A model generated the notes under the pieces. The model had not been told where the DNA came from, made no database searches, and saw only the letters and a program-made list of their open reading frames with translations. Shown piece by piece: positions 30,809 through 40,711 of a stretch of 64,000 bases of DNA. The position numbers and the translations under genes were made by a program. Position 1 is the stretch's first letter. Each line of letters opens with the position of its first letter. The DNA comes from Spirochaetia bacterium (GTDB lineage Bacteria > Spirochaetota > Spirochaetia > SP-2023). The DNA lies in contig OZ253665.1 in NCBI GenBank assembly GCA_965263295.1, positions 864,001 through 928,000 of the forward strand, read 5' to 3'.

Positions 30809-33800
30809 TTGAAATTTCGCCGAAACTCGCTATCCTGCCTGACTATGCTGGCTCCACACTCCGCACTTGAGTTAATCATCTACCCCCTGGAATGGCTAAT
30901 GAGCCAAATCTTCTGCGGTGCCTACCTAATGACAGGCGATCGCGGACTGAGTATTTTGCTCCTCAGCGCTGCAGTCAACACCCTGTTGCTGCCATTGTAT
31001 TCCCTGGGGGACAAAATTCAGCTGCGCGAGCAGGCCTTGCAGGCCAGTCTGCAGCCAAAATTGGATGAATTTCGCCGGGCCTTCAGCGGCAATATGTTGC
31101 ACATGGTGCAAAAGACACTATATCGCCAGCGCGGCTACCACCCAATTTATGCCTTGCGCGGAGGCCTCGGCTTCGCCATACAAGTCCCGTTTTTCATTGC
31201 CGCCTATCACTTCCTCAGTCACTTGGAGCTGCTGCAAGGCCAGAGCTGGGGCCCGATTATAGACCTGGGGCAACCCGACGGCCTACTGCCCTTACCCGCC
31301 GATTTAAGTGGCCCGGCGGGCCGCGGCAACCTGTTGCCCGTGCTCATGACAGCCCTCAATTTGCTCTCCGGGCTGGCCTACAGTGCGCAAAACCCATATG
31401 GCAGCACAGCTGCCGGGCGCCAATTCAGGCGCCAATTATGGGGCATCGCCATATTGTTCTTGATCTTGCTTTACCCAGCTCCCGCGGCCCTGCTGCTGTA
31501 CTGGTCTTTCAGCAATCTGTATTCGCTGGGCAAGAACCTGATCTCAGCCAGCCGCAAACAAGGCCGGGACTACTGGCAGAGGATCGCTCGCCGCGGTTGC
31601 GCAATCGGCCACCAGTTCTTCACCGCACTTTTAAAAATACGCTGGCTGCCTCTACTGGAATATGGCCTCGCCGTATTGGGCTTTTTCCTCTTGGCTCGCT
31701 TCAAGGTACTGGATTCCGTTGATGCCCAAGCCCAAAAAGCCCTATATTGGGGACGGATCTGTTGGTATGCCTTTGCATTTGTGCAGATACTTCGCCCGCT
31801 GGGGTCTCTTTGCCCTCCTAGGCTGTTTCCTGGGCGGACTGGGACCGGCACCGAAAAACCCGATGACGTGAAGATCCCACCCCGCCCGTTTGCCCGCCCT
31901 CCCGCCCAACTTCCCACCCGGCGCCATTCCGGGCTGCGCCGCCGTGTCGTGATTGCTGTCTGCCAATTAATGATCGTCATTGCTTCGCTGTGTATCCTGA
32001 GCTCATCTCTAAGTAGCAACCGGCGACTTGCCATATCCCTAGTCATCATCTCCCTGTCGCCCACACTGGCTTTTCTGCCGCGCCTTTGGCGCTGTAGGGC
32101 CTTTCAGCTGCTGAACGGCATCCACACCGCAAAAAGCCACACGAAAGGCCCACGCAAAACGCCAGACAAGAAGCCACTCAAGCTGATGCCGGGAGGCGCG
32201 ACAACGCAGTTGGCCGCAGCCAGCACAGCGGCCCTCTGTGGCCTGGGACTATTCAACAGCAGTGCCCTGCTCGCCTCCTCGCCGAGCGAAAGCCCCCAGG
32301 CCATTGCCGTATTGCTGCGCTATATCTTCCCCGGCTTTGGCATTTGCGCCATCGTCCTAGTTCTGTTCATTTTTATCCCATCCTTTCTGCCGTATTCCAT
32401 GCCGTATGCCGTTCTAAGGCGCCGCTGGCGCGGCCTGAATTTACAACTAGCCTATTTCGGCAGCGGCGCTCTATTGCTCGCCCTGTTTGACAACTTTGTC
32501 ATGCGGCACAATTACGGCGTCATGACCAGCTGGGTCTTCGATCAGCCAGAACGACTGATCATTCCCTTTGGCACCATTTGGCTTTGCCTGGCTTCCCTGC
32601 CCCTGCTCTACCTGCTGTGGCTCTTCCTACTCAGGCGTTTGCAAGTCCTGGTGCCGCTGTGCTGGATCCTGGCCGCCAGTCTGTGGCTCAGCTCCGCGCA
32701 CTACGCTTATAACCTGCGACAATTTCAGCGCGATGCCCAAACTCTCCCAGCTTCCCAAGTTTCTCCGGCAGCCCAAACAGACGCGTCCCAAAACTCGCGC
32801 CAGTTGCAAAGTGTCTTTTCGTACAGTAGCGATCAACCCAACGTAATTATTCTCATGCTGGATCGCTTCATCGGCCCCTATCTCGCCGACATTCTGCAGC
32901 TGGACCCAGAACTTCGCGCAAGTTTGGACGGCTTTACCTGGTACAAAAATACACTGTCTCCCGGCCCCTACACGATTTCTGGCCTGACCGCCCTGCTCGG
33001 AGGCCACGAGTACAGCCCGGACGGCATTGCGCGGCTTGAGGGCAGCTTGAAGGAAAAGATCAACCAGGCCTATCTCCTCTTGCCGACATTGTTCCGGCAA
33101 AATGGCTTTGAGAGTACCGTCGCCGATCCCAGCTGGGCCAATTTTGACTGGAAGGGCGACCTGGAGCTTTTCCGCCGCAACGGCATTCGCGCCGAGCGCC
33201 TGAAAGGCCGCTACACCGGGCAGTGGCTGCGCCGCAGCCAAGAGTCCCGCGCCGCTTTAAGTGCCTCTCGCACCGAGCCCGCCGGCCAGACCAACCAAGA
33301 AACCCAAGAAACCCAGCTGGGGGGCGCCCAAGGCCAAGGGCCACAACCCAAATACGCGGCCATAATGCTGTTACAGGCCGTGTTTCGGGCGTTGCCCGCG
33401 CCGCTGGCGCCATTGATTTACGACAACGGCTCGTGGCTCGGCAATAACTTTGCGGCCGGCAATATGTTTCTCGACCTGGTCAATGCCTGGGCCGGCCTAG
33501 TGGAACTGCCGCAAATCAGCGACGCCCAGGCGACAAAGCCGCAGTTTGTGTTCATGACCAACGACACTCCCCACGAACCGATGCTCATGGGGTATCGCGC
33601 TGGCGATCCGCGCTTTCCCTTTCAGCCGATGCTGCAAACTGAGGTGCCCGGCCCGAGCAATAGCCCGCTGCCACCCGAACTGCTGCGCGAATTGCTGGGC
33701 CCCAACAATAGCGACTATTCGTTGCGCCACTTCTATGCGGATTGGGCAACTTTGAAGGAACTGCGCCACTACTTCAAATGGATGCGCCAAAACGGCGTCT

Positions 33801-34192
33801 ACGACAATAGCCTGATTATTCTTATCTCGGATCACGGCCGCGACGTGCGCCTGCCCAGCATGGACCTAGGCCCCAAGGAAAGCAACTACGCTTATTTCAT
33901 GCCCCTCTTGATGGTTAAATTGCCCCACGCGCAAGGCCCCGTGCAAAGCGACTTGAGTCCCCATAGTAGCGCCGATGTCCCCTACTTTGCCAGCCTGGTC
34001 TTGCCGCCGGAGCAACGCCGCAACCCGTTTACCGGCAAAGCACTAGAACAGCAAAATCCACAGGATCCGCGCCATGCCTATTACATCGACTCAAACCCCG
34101 CCAGCCAAAAAGCCGACCGCTTCAATAAAGAGCGCAGCTACCGCATCACGGGTCCACTCTGGGAGACCGCATCTTGGCAGGAAATACGTTAA
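30809..34192 (+). CDS. YidC/Oxa1-like insertase domain fused to a multi-TM region and a sulfatase/alkaline-phosphatase-like domain
   Basis: N-terminus LSILLLS..VN.LLLPL, LY...GYHP, IQVPFFIAAY, DLGQPD, NLLPVLMT and LLYWSFSN. C-terminus PNVIILMLD and YDNSLIILISDHG. Start uncertain. Confidence 0.82.
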   Translation: MKFRRNSLSCLTMLAPHSALELIIYPLEWLMSQIFCGAYLMTGDRGLSILLLSAAVNTLLLPLYSLGDKIQLREQALQASLQPKLDEFRRAFSGNMLHMVQKTLYRQRGYHPIYALRGGLGFAIQVPFFIAAYHFLSHLELLQGQSWGPIIDLGQPDGLLPLPADLSGPAGRGNLLPVLMTALNLLSGLAYSAQNPYGSTAAGRQFRRQLWGIAILFLILLYPAPAALLLYWSFSNLYSLGKNLISASRKQGRDYWQRIARRGCAIGHQFFTALLKIRWLPLLEYGLAVLGFFLLARFKVLDSVDAQAQKALYWGRICWYAFAFVQILRPLGSLCPPRLFPGRTGTGTEKPDDVKIPPRPFARPPAQLPTRRHSGLRRRVVIAVCQLMIVIASLCILSSSLSSNRRLAISLVIISLSPTLAFLPRLWRCRAFQLLNGIHTAKSHTKGPRKTPDKKPLKLMPGGATTQLAAASTAALCGLGLFNSSALLASSPSESPQAIAVLLRYIFPGFGICAIVLVLFIFIPSFLPYSMPYAVLRRRWRGLNLQLAYFGSGALLLALFDNFVMRHNYGVMTSWVFDQPERLIIPFGTIWLCLASLPLLYLLWLFLLRRLQVLVPLCWILAASLWLSSAHYAYNLRQFQRDAQTLPASQVSPAAQTDASQNSRQLQSVFSYSSDQPNVIILMLDRFIGPYLADILQLDPELRASLDGFTWYKNTLSPGPYTISGLTALLGGHEYSPDGIARLEGSLKEKINQAYLLLPTLFRQNGFESTVADPSWANFDWKGDLELFRRNGIRAERLKGRYTGQWLRRSQESRAALSASRTEPAGQTNQETQETQLGGAQGQGPQPKYAAIMLLQAVFRALPAPLAPLIYDNGSWLGNNFAAGNMFLDLVNAWAGLVELPQISDAQATKPQFVFMTNDTPHEPMLMGYRAGDPRFPFQPMLQTEVPGPSNSPLPPELLRELLGPNNSDYSLRHFYADWATLKELRHYFKWMRQNGVYDNSLIILISDHGRDVRLPSMDLGPKESNYAYFMPLLMVKLPHAQGPVQSDLSPHSSADVPYFASLVLPPEQRRNPFTGKALEQQNPQDPRHAYYIDSNPASQKADRFNKERSYRITGPLWETASWQEIR

Positions 34193-34240
34193 TCCAGAAC
34201 TTCTGACCTTCGCGCCCCATTTTCTTCTTTCCCCTGGCAC

Positions 34241-34352
34241 CCGCAGCTCCCGTCGTCCTTCGGCCCCTTTTTTAACCTTTTCCTACCCCCCACAGCTCCC
34301 CAGCCTAAATTTTGTGCCTTTTCGCCACCTTTCGTGTACTTTCGTGGTTCCC
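34241..34352. repeat. CACGAAA/TTTCGTG repeat element, copy 2 (right-hand part)
   Basis: CCCCACAGCTCCCCAGCCTAAATTTTGTGCCTTTTCGCCACCTTTCGTG closely matches copy 1 at 3423-3471. Confidence 0.85.
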
Positions 34353-34380
34353 TTTAAGAGTCCTCACCGCCAAAGATGTA

Positions 34381-34409
34381 TTGCCATACGATATTAATCT
34401 GACTAAGAT
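34381..34409 (+). promoter_or_regulatory. Putative sigma70 promoter of the PD-(D/E)XK gene
   Basis: TTGCCA-17 nt-TAAGAT, followed by a GGAGG RBS. Confidence 0.65.
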
Positions 34410-34427
34410 AGCGTCATTGGAGGACAC

Positions 34428-35057
34428 ATGGATACCCTGGATGAAGTGAGGGAAATCCTCAAAAAGATCGGCATTTCTCAGGCTAAAACCGATGCACAAC
34501 TTGCTAAATCCCAAGCGGAAAACGATAAACAGATGGCGGTTCTACGCGAAGGTCTGGCCGAATTGCGCAGGTCGCAAGAAAAAACCGATGCGCAGATGGC
34601 GAAAACCGATGCGCGGCTGGAAAAAGTGGCCAAAATATTAGGCAATATTGGCATCAGCAACGGTGATTTTGCCGAGGAACTGTTTTTCAACAGTCTCTAC
34701 GCAAATCCGTTTCTCGGTGGGCTGCGCTATGAGAGCGTGGAGCGCAATGTGTCCAACCGCCGTAGGCATCGCGACCAGGGGGAATACGACATCGTGATGT
34801 GCAATGGCGATACCGTGGCCCTGATTGAGGTGAAGTACAAGGCACACAGCAACGACATTGCTAAGCTGCTCAAAAACGAGCCACAAAGTTTTCGTAAGAC
34901 TTTCACCGAATACCGGGACTACAAATTTTACCTGGGGCTAGCGTCCACGGTGACTTACGACAAGCTGATTACAGAGGCACGGGAAGCGGGTATTTTTCTC
35001 TTGACCCAGAGAGGCCAGCACATTGAAGTCGTGAATGAGGAAGTGCACAGCTTCTGA
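34428..35057 (+). CDS. Coiled-coil + PD-(D/E)XK nuclease-like protein (DUF3782-like architecture)
   Basis: N-terminal heptad repeats (KTDAQLA, KTDAQMA, KTDARLE), then G.FAEELF, EYDIV and ALIEVK.K nuclease-fold motifs. Confidence 0.8.
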   Translation: MDTLDEVREILKKIGISQAKTDAQLAKSQAENDKQMAVLREGLAELRRSQEKTDAQMAKTDARLEKVAKILGNIGISNGDFAEELFFNSLYANPFLGGLRYESVERNVSNRRRHRDQGEYDIVMCNGDTVALIEVKYKAHSNDIAKLLKNEPQSFRKTFTEYRDYKFYLGLASTVTYDKLITEAREAGIFLLTQRGQHIEVVNEEVHSF

Positions 35058-35094
35058 TCACGGCCCCCCTAACAGTCCCTGGCCGAGTAATCAT

Positions 35095-35574
35095 CTAATT
35101 ATTTTCCAAAAAATCCTTTAGTTCACTTAAAAACTTAATTAAGCAGTATGTTTCAAACCATGCAATACGTTCAAAATTGAGTGTAAAGGTTGAGAAACCA
35201 TTCTCTTTTAAAGCCCCAATACTTAAAATTAAACTCTTTTTATTTAAAATATTAACGTTCGGAAAAACGCTTGTAAGAATTGTGTTAGAAAAATTGTTTA
35301 TTCCCAATTCCCACTTAATAAATGGTTTCTCAGGTAAATTTTGAAAATGGTCTTTGCGTGCTTGCCGGAATTGTTCTTTGGATAAAATATGTAATTTGTC
35401 TGGAGTGGAAACGTCAATCCCTAAGGGCATATTTTTAGAAAATTCATTCCCTTCACAAAAATCAATAATTTTGTTTGTTAGATTTTTAGTGTCCTTTAAT
35501 TTAATCTCAGTTTCAAAGAACGAAAATATCCTGTTTGAATTAATCGTTTTAAACACCCATTTCCCTATACTCAT
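35095..35574 (-). CDS. AT-rich orphan hypothetical protein
   Basis: 159-aa ORF with an AAAGGA RBS, much more AT-rich than its neighbours. No family recognised. Confidence 0.65.
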   Translation of the reverse strand: MSIGKWVFKTINSNRIFSFFETEIKLKDTKNLTNKIIDFCEGNEFSKNMPLGIDVSTPDKLHILSKEQFRQARKDHFQNLPEKPFIKWELGINNFSNTILTSVFPNVNILNKKSLILSIGALKENGFSTFTLNFERIAWFETYCLIKFLSELKDFLENN

Positions 35575-35859
35575 TATTTATATTCCTTTCTCGTTATATA
35601 TGGAGTATTGTTTGATAATTTTTATAATATATTTTTTTTATTTATTTGCAAAGTCTATGAATAATTTTTTAATCTATTTGATGATTATGAATATCATATA
35701 TAGATAATATTTATCTTCTATTACTAAAATTATTAGACTATCATATTGGCCATAAACAACAATATTTTTTATTTTAAAGTTTTATTTATTGTATATATTA
35801 GTTTAAATCTATTTATAAATACTATAAGAAACAAAAAATATCTTAAAATGCCGCGTCCA

Positions 35860-35937
35860 CCGCCTGAACGCCATCCGTCATGTCTCCCATGGCCCCTTGT
35901 CTATATTTCGTGGATTTCATAGCTTTTGTGGTTGCCC
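35860..35937. repeat. CACGAAA/TTTCGTG repeat element, degenerate copy 3 (right-hand part)
   Basis: CCGCCTGAACGCC (12/13 to 3388-3400), GTCTATATTTCGTG (13/14 to 3438-3451) and TTTTGTGGTT occur in the same order as in copy 1. Confidence 0.65.
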
Positions 35938-35995
35938 GCGCTTACGTCACGCAGTTGGCAAAGAGTTTGGCAATGAGAGGGCATCGCCAGGATTA

Positions 35996-36763
35996 TTACT
36001 TCAATACAGTCGGCCGTTCGTAGACCAGTCGGCGCACAATCTGTGCGGCATTGGCTGCCGCCAAAGGCAAATATTGCTGGAAGTCAATTTTCCCGTCCGG
36101 GCGCAGAGGAAAGTCGGAAATGGAACGCACAATCAGGCACGGGCAGCCATAAATAAATGCGATGTGGGCAATTGCCGCAGCCTCCATATCCACCGCTTTG
36201 GCCTGCGGAAAGTGTTGGCGAATTGTCGCCAACTGCCGGCTGCCGTGCCCGACAAAAGAGTCACCGCTGACAATTTGCCCGGTTGTGGCCCGGTTCTTGG
36301 TTTGAGTTTGGCCGGCAAAGTATTCGCCGGCCACTTTCTCGGCCAACTGGCGCAGCTGCAAGCTCGTGGGATAATGTTCGGGGCAGCCCGGCAGCTGGCC
36401 ATAACCGTAACCAAAGGTACGAACATCGACATCACAGTAGGCCAAAGTGTCCGCAATGACAACGTCACCGTGACGGCCATCACCCATCAGGCCACCCGCC
36501 ACGCCGATATTGACAATGTAGTCCACATCGTGACGCTGCAAAAGCAAACCCGTGTGCAGTGCCGCCTGGGCCTTGCCCACTCCAGATTGCAACGCGACAA
36601 CTTCGACCGGCCCTTTTTCGCTATCCATCTGGCCATAATGCCATTCGAGCACCGGCACGGCGATGTGATAGCGACTGCGTTCACTCACCATTTTGTAGTC
36701 CTGCAGCCATTTGATCAGCGCCTGTAACTCTTCCGGCATTGCGGCAATTACACCTATTTTCAT
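35996..36763 (-). CDS. mtnN: 5'-methylthioadenosine/S-adenosylhomocysteine nucleosidase
   Basis: MKIGVIAAMPEE, SGVGKAQAA, N.GVAGGL, SGDSF, AVDMEAAAIAH and RSISD. Confidence 0.95.
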   Translation of the reverse strand: MKIGVIAAMPEELQALIKWLQDYKMVSERSRYHIAVPVLEWHYGQMDSEKGPVEVVALQSGVGKAQAALHTGLLLQRHDVDYIVNIGVAGGLMGDGRHGDVVIADTLAYCDVDVRTFGYGYGQLPGCPEHYPTSLQLRQLAEKVAGEYFAGQTQTKNRATTGQIVSGDSFVGHGSRQLATIRQHFPQAKAVDMEAAAIAHIAFIYGCPCLIVRSISDFPLRPDGKIDFQQYLPLAAANAAQIVRRLVYERPTVLK

Positions 36764-36928
36764 AGCGTATTCCTCGTGTGTGTGATGTGGTATAAATTAG
36801 GTTCGGAAATTTTAAAAATTTAGCTTAGCAAAAATATACGGCCAATAAAAGGGCAAAGTTAGGGCAAAAATTTCTTGCGATGTTTGCTTGATCTGCAAAA
36901 TGTCTGAGATTATCATTTTGTACAAGGT

Positions 36929-37729
36929 ATGTTTATGGCAAAAATTTTACGCAGCTGCGAGACCACAGCGGCATGCTGGCTACTTTTCACGCTGGCGCCT
37001 CTGTTCTCCTGTTCGCCAGTAAGCACGGACAAGCTTCTCGTATTTGACGGACAAGGGCCAATCCCTCGCAGCTGGCTCGGCGAGTACATTCTTGTGCCCG
37101 GCCCTGAAGATGTTGATGATGATTTTACAGGGGACATCGTCTTGTCGCTGGACTCCGTCTTGTCATTGGGCTCCAAGGATGAGGCCGACGGCTTGGGCGA
37201 TTTGCATGACGCGACGGGCATGCATGCCATGCGCTTGTCGGCTTATGGGGAAATATCAAAACAAAAATCTGTAGACGGCCAAACTGCGGCGGATAAAAGA
37301 ACTCTGGATGGCGAAACCTTTGCCAGTGGCCTGTTCGTGTCGTCGCGGGTGCCCGCAAGCGAACTGTATGTGCTCGCGTTCCCTGAGTTGTTATATTCGG
37401 ACCTGGAAGCAGCAAACCTAGACCCTGAATATACCGCTGAAAAGTTGGAGCGAGCCTTCTTCATTGTCCGCCGAATTGTCGGCAAAGCCGACTCCCGGCT
37501 GTATGTCTTCATCGGACTGCCCGCTCCGTATCGCCAGCAAGATTTCTGGAAACAGAATTCCCTCGTCGACGCGGACGGAGACCTCGTGGCCGCCAAGTTC
37601 AAAGATTTCCTGCAAAATCACGTCGGCATATTTGAACTGGACGAAGCTGAACTAGTTTTTGTGCAAAAGCCAGAAGAAGCTGCTGCGGCAGCCGAACCAG
37701 ATTCACAAGAAGCCGCAGCGACAGACTGA
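36929..37729 (+). CDS. Hypothetical lipoprotein
   Basis: LAPLFS-C lipobox; acidic 266-aa ORF. Confidence 0.7.
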   Translation: MFMAKILRSCETTAACWLLFTLAPLFSCSPVSTDKLLVFDGQGPIPRSWLGEYILVPGPEDVDDDFTGDIVLSLDSVLSLGSKDEADGLGDLHDATGMHAMRLSAYGEISKQKSVDGQTAADKRTLDGETFASGLFVSSRVPASELYVLAFPELLYSDLEAANLDPEYTAEKLERAFFIVRRIVGKADSRLYVFIGLPAPYRQQDFWKQNSLVDADGDLVAAKFKDFLQNHVGIFELDEAELVFVQKPEEAAAAAEPDSQEAAATD

Positions 37730-37814
37730 AAGCTGTTCCCAGCAGAAAGGCGGGCCCAGAGACAGACTTGCGATGGGCCGCCCGCCCCCCAAAAAAAACC
37801 ATTGCCAAATGCTA

Positions 37815-40490
37815 TTATTCCGGGCCGTCGCTCAGTACGCGATTCAGCTGAGTCACCGCGCTGCGACTGTAGCCACACGAGCAGAAGACAATTTCGCATC
37901 CTTGAAATTCTTCTTGACTTTTTCCTTTGTGGCGGGCAAGAAAAAATTTCGGGAAGCTCGCGGTGCCCCAGTTCGTATATTCTGCGAGCTGTGCTTCGAC
38001 ATGACGCAGCTCGTCTGGCGGCAAAAAGGCAAAATTCTTCAGGCCGGGGAATTGCTGCAGATAAACGGGCAAACTTGCCTGCAGTTCGGCGGAAAAGAAT
38101 AATTGCAAGTGCTCGCAGCCGAACGGCAGCTGCTCCAGGTCGTGCAATACATGATAAAAAGGCTCATCCGTATTTTCTGTCGCGATGTATACGGAAAAAC
38201 GGCATGTGGATTTCCTGAAACTGTGCAATTTCTGTGTGTCCAGCTGCACAAGTAGCGCCGGCTCTTCTGCCCAATTATTTATCTCGGCGAGTTCAAGTGT
38301 CTTCTGTTCGCCGTCTCCGAGAGAAAAGTGGTGGATCTGGGCCGCGACATTTCCGTCTGCGGCGCGCAAGCCGTAGCACAAGCGGTAAAATCCCCGCGGC
38401 AGGAACCCCGACAAAATTGTGGCCAAGTCGGGACCTTCACCGTGGATACTGCTCGCGGCGTTGATGCCGCCGGCATACAAGGTTTTGAACTCCAGCTCAT
38501 TTTCTTTTCTCCATCCCAGAGATATTTGCGTCGCCGCAGGCAGAGCATCAAGGTTGCCGAGCTGCAGCCCGGCGTCGTCTTCGCGCCCGGTGCCGGCAGA
38601 GACTTCGCGCCGCCATACTCCAGCTTCAAACCATTCCACCCATTCCACGGCGAGCAAGGCTTGATTCAAGCGGGCGGGATGACCAAAAATGCGCAGCAAG
38701 GCGACCGCCAGCACTTTGCGGCTCAGCTCATCCGCCCTTCTGGTGGCAAAGCTGTGCAAAGGAGGCTGGACGCCGCGATAGTGGAAAAAACCGTGATCCG
38801 GCTCGCGCACAATATTGTGTTGTAACCAGCTGAATATCTCGTCCGGGCTCATTTGAGACTTGGCCGTCGCGCGCGTAATCTGTGTGTAAATATTGCGGCG
38901 ATGTGCCTGCAGGATTTCAAAATCGACCTTGGGCGCCAGGATGTATTCGCGCCATATATGGGGGCGATTTTGTTCCACATAAATATTTTTATATGGCAGT
39001 GCAGAATCGAGAAAGTCCTCTAGGTCAAAACAACGGACAAACGCGCGATCCTTGCAGGGTATCGTGGCCAGCAAACACCACAAATCCAGGCCGTAACGCG
39101 GGAAGAGCTGTTCAAAGGCCCCGTGCAACTCGCGCGCGCCACAGCCGGCGGAGCGCAAATACTCTCGCAATTCCACTTCTATTTTTTGCAGTGACGGGAA
39201 GGCGGCGAGAATTTTGCCGGCGTAAACTTCTGTCTGAAAACCGCGCAATCGGGCTTGATAGGCTAGGTCGCCGGCAGCAATTTGCGCCTGAAAATGCCGC
39301 TTTTTTCCCTCGCCAGTCCGCTCAAGATCGCCCTGTGCGCTAGGTGGCGCAGGGCTTTGCGGCTTATAGCTAAACGCGAGCTGCCGCGGTATCGCGTGTT
39401 CTTGCAAGTGGCAGGGCAACAACTGCAGCCCATGGGCATTTATTTCGCCGCCCGACGCGACAATCCGCCAGTAAGCGTGGACTTTGCCGCTCGCCGGATC
39501 GCGCCACTGAACTTCCAGCAGCACATCGCCCCGGCCCAGGGCAAATACTGCGCTAAAGCCGTCCGCAAGGGTGACAAAGCGATGCACGACAAAAAACTCG
39601 CCGCTATTGAACACAGAAATCTGTGCCTGGGCGCCACTGACGGGGCGACCGTTGCAGATACTTTGGATCTGAAAATTTATGCAGGGAATGTAGCGGGGCG
39701 TAACGTTAATTACGCTACAATTGCGCCCGCGCGCGAAGACAGGTTCCAGCTGGTAGTGGGCGTCACTGCTGCGAGTCTGTATCGCGATGGCTCGCTGCAG
39801 GCTCTCTACAAACCAGCCCCTGTCCAGCTCTGGCTCTGGCTCGCAGGCTCCCAGAAAGCGCCAGCGATCGCCGATGTATACTTCGACCCAGGCGTGATTT
39901 GACTCCGTGTGGGACCAGCGCGGCACATAGCACTGCCGCGCGGGTATGCCGACGGAGCGCAGCAGGGCCGTCAGCAAGGTCGATTGTTCGCCGCAGCGAC
40001 CGCAAGCGCGCCTCAGCAGACTTGCGGGTCCCAGGGTTCTGATGTCGGTCGCCGTATACCGCACCCGTTCGTAGCAATAGAGGTTCACCTGTAAAACGGC
40101 CTCTTCTACAGTCAGGCCGGCGACTCGCGGCCATATGCGCGCAAACAACGCAGAACGCTCGCAGTCGATTTCTTCGTTATTTACGCGGAAAGGCAGGATG
40201 AAGTTGCGATAGATCTCTTCATTGAGGCCAGCGCCCCACGGAACCATGGCCATAATCTGCCGACTGGTCATCACGTGCTGCCGCAGCCAGCGGCCATCCA
40301 CATGGGCCAAGTCAGCGGGCAACATGACCGAAAGCAGATAGATCATGTCGCCGCGCTGTCGTTCATCCAGCGTCGCATCTGCGAGCACCGGCAAGAAATT
40401 TTTTTTCACGGCGCCAATTTTTTGCCATAAATTCTGCTTTTCCGACTCATTTAAATCTGAAAAATAGACAGAATCCAGACTGTAGTCCAT
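37815..40490 (-). CDS. Transglutaminase-like domain protein with a PNGase-like catalytic core and a second, degenerate TG domain
   Basis: GRCGEQS..LT.LLRSVGIPAR and NHAWVEV..GDRWRFLGACEP. The second domain (ADELSRKVLAVALLRIFGHPARL) lacks the Cys. No signal peptide. Confidence 0.88.
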   Translation of the reverse strand: MDYSLDSVYFSDLNESEKQNLWQKIGAVKKNFLPVLADATLDERQRGDMIYLLSVMLPADLAHVDGRWLRQHVMTSRQIMAMVPWGAGLNEEIYRNFILPFRVNNEEIDCERSALFARIWPRVAGLTVEEAVLQVNLYCYERVRYTATDIRTLGPASLLRRACGRCGEQSTLLTALLRSVGIPARQCYVPRWSHTESNHAWVEVYIGDRWRFLGACEPEPELDRGWFVESLQRAIAIQTRSSDAHYQLEPVFARGRNCSVINVTPRYIPCINFQIQSICNGRPVSGAQAQISVFNSGEFFVVHRFVTLADGFSAVFALGRGDVLLEVQWRDPASGKVHAYWRIVASGGEINAHGLQLLPCHLQEHAIPRQLAFSYKPQSPAPPSAQGDLERTGEGKKRHFQAQIAAGDLAYQARLRGFQTEVYAGKILAAFPSLQKIEVELREYLRSAGCGARELHGAFEQLFPRYGLDLWCLLATIPCKDRAFVRCFDLEDFLDSALPYKNIYVEQNRPHIWREYILAPKVDFEILQAHRRNIYTQITRATAKSQMSPDEIFSWLQHNIVREPDHGFFHYRGVQPPLHSFATRRADELSRKVLAVALLRIFGHPARLNQALLAVEWVEWFEAGVWRREVSAGTGREDDAGLQLGNLDALPAATQISLGWRKENELEFKTLYAGGINAASSIHGEGPDLATILSGFLPRGFYRLCYGLRAADGNVAAQIHHFSLGDGEQKTLELAEINNWAEEPALLVQLDTQKLHSFRKSTCRFSVYIATENTDEPFYHVLHDLEQLPFGCEHLQLFFSAELQASLPVYLQQFPGLKNFAFLPPDELRHVEAQLAEYTNWGTASFPKFFLARHKGKSQEEFQGCEIVFCSCGYSRSAVTQLNRVLSDGPE

Positions 40491-40711
40491 AGATTATCCT
40501 CTCAGTCAATATTCCCCTCAATCAATATTCTCCCCGGCACGAAATTTAGTCGACAAACACTCACAATCAAAAAGTCTGCCAAAAATTTTACATTATAAAA
40601 ACAGCTGTCAACAAATACCAGTTTTTTCTACATAAAAACTAATTGATTCATCTCAGCCACTGTCGTATAATTGCGCGCAATTAAATTCCTGTATTTAAAA
40701 AGGAAAACCTT

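Noticed and set aside
35897..36727. 276-aa plus-strand ORF
   Set aside because: It is an antisense shadow of mtnN.
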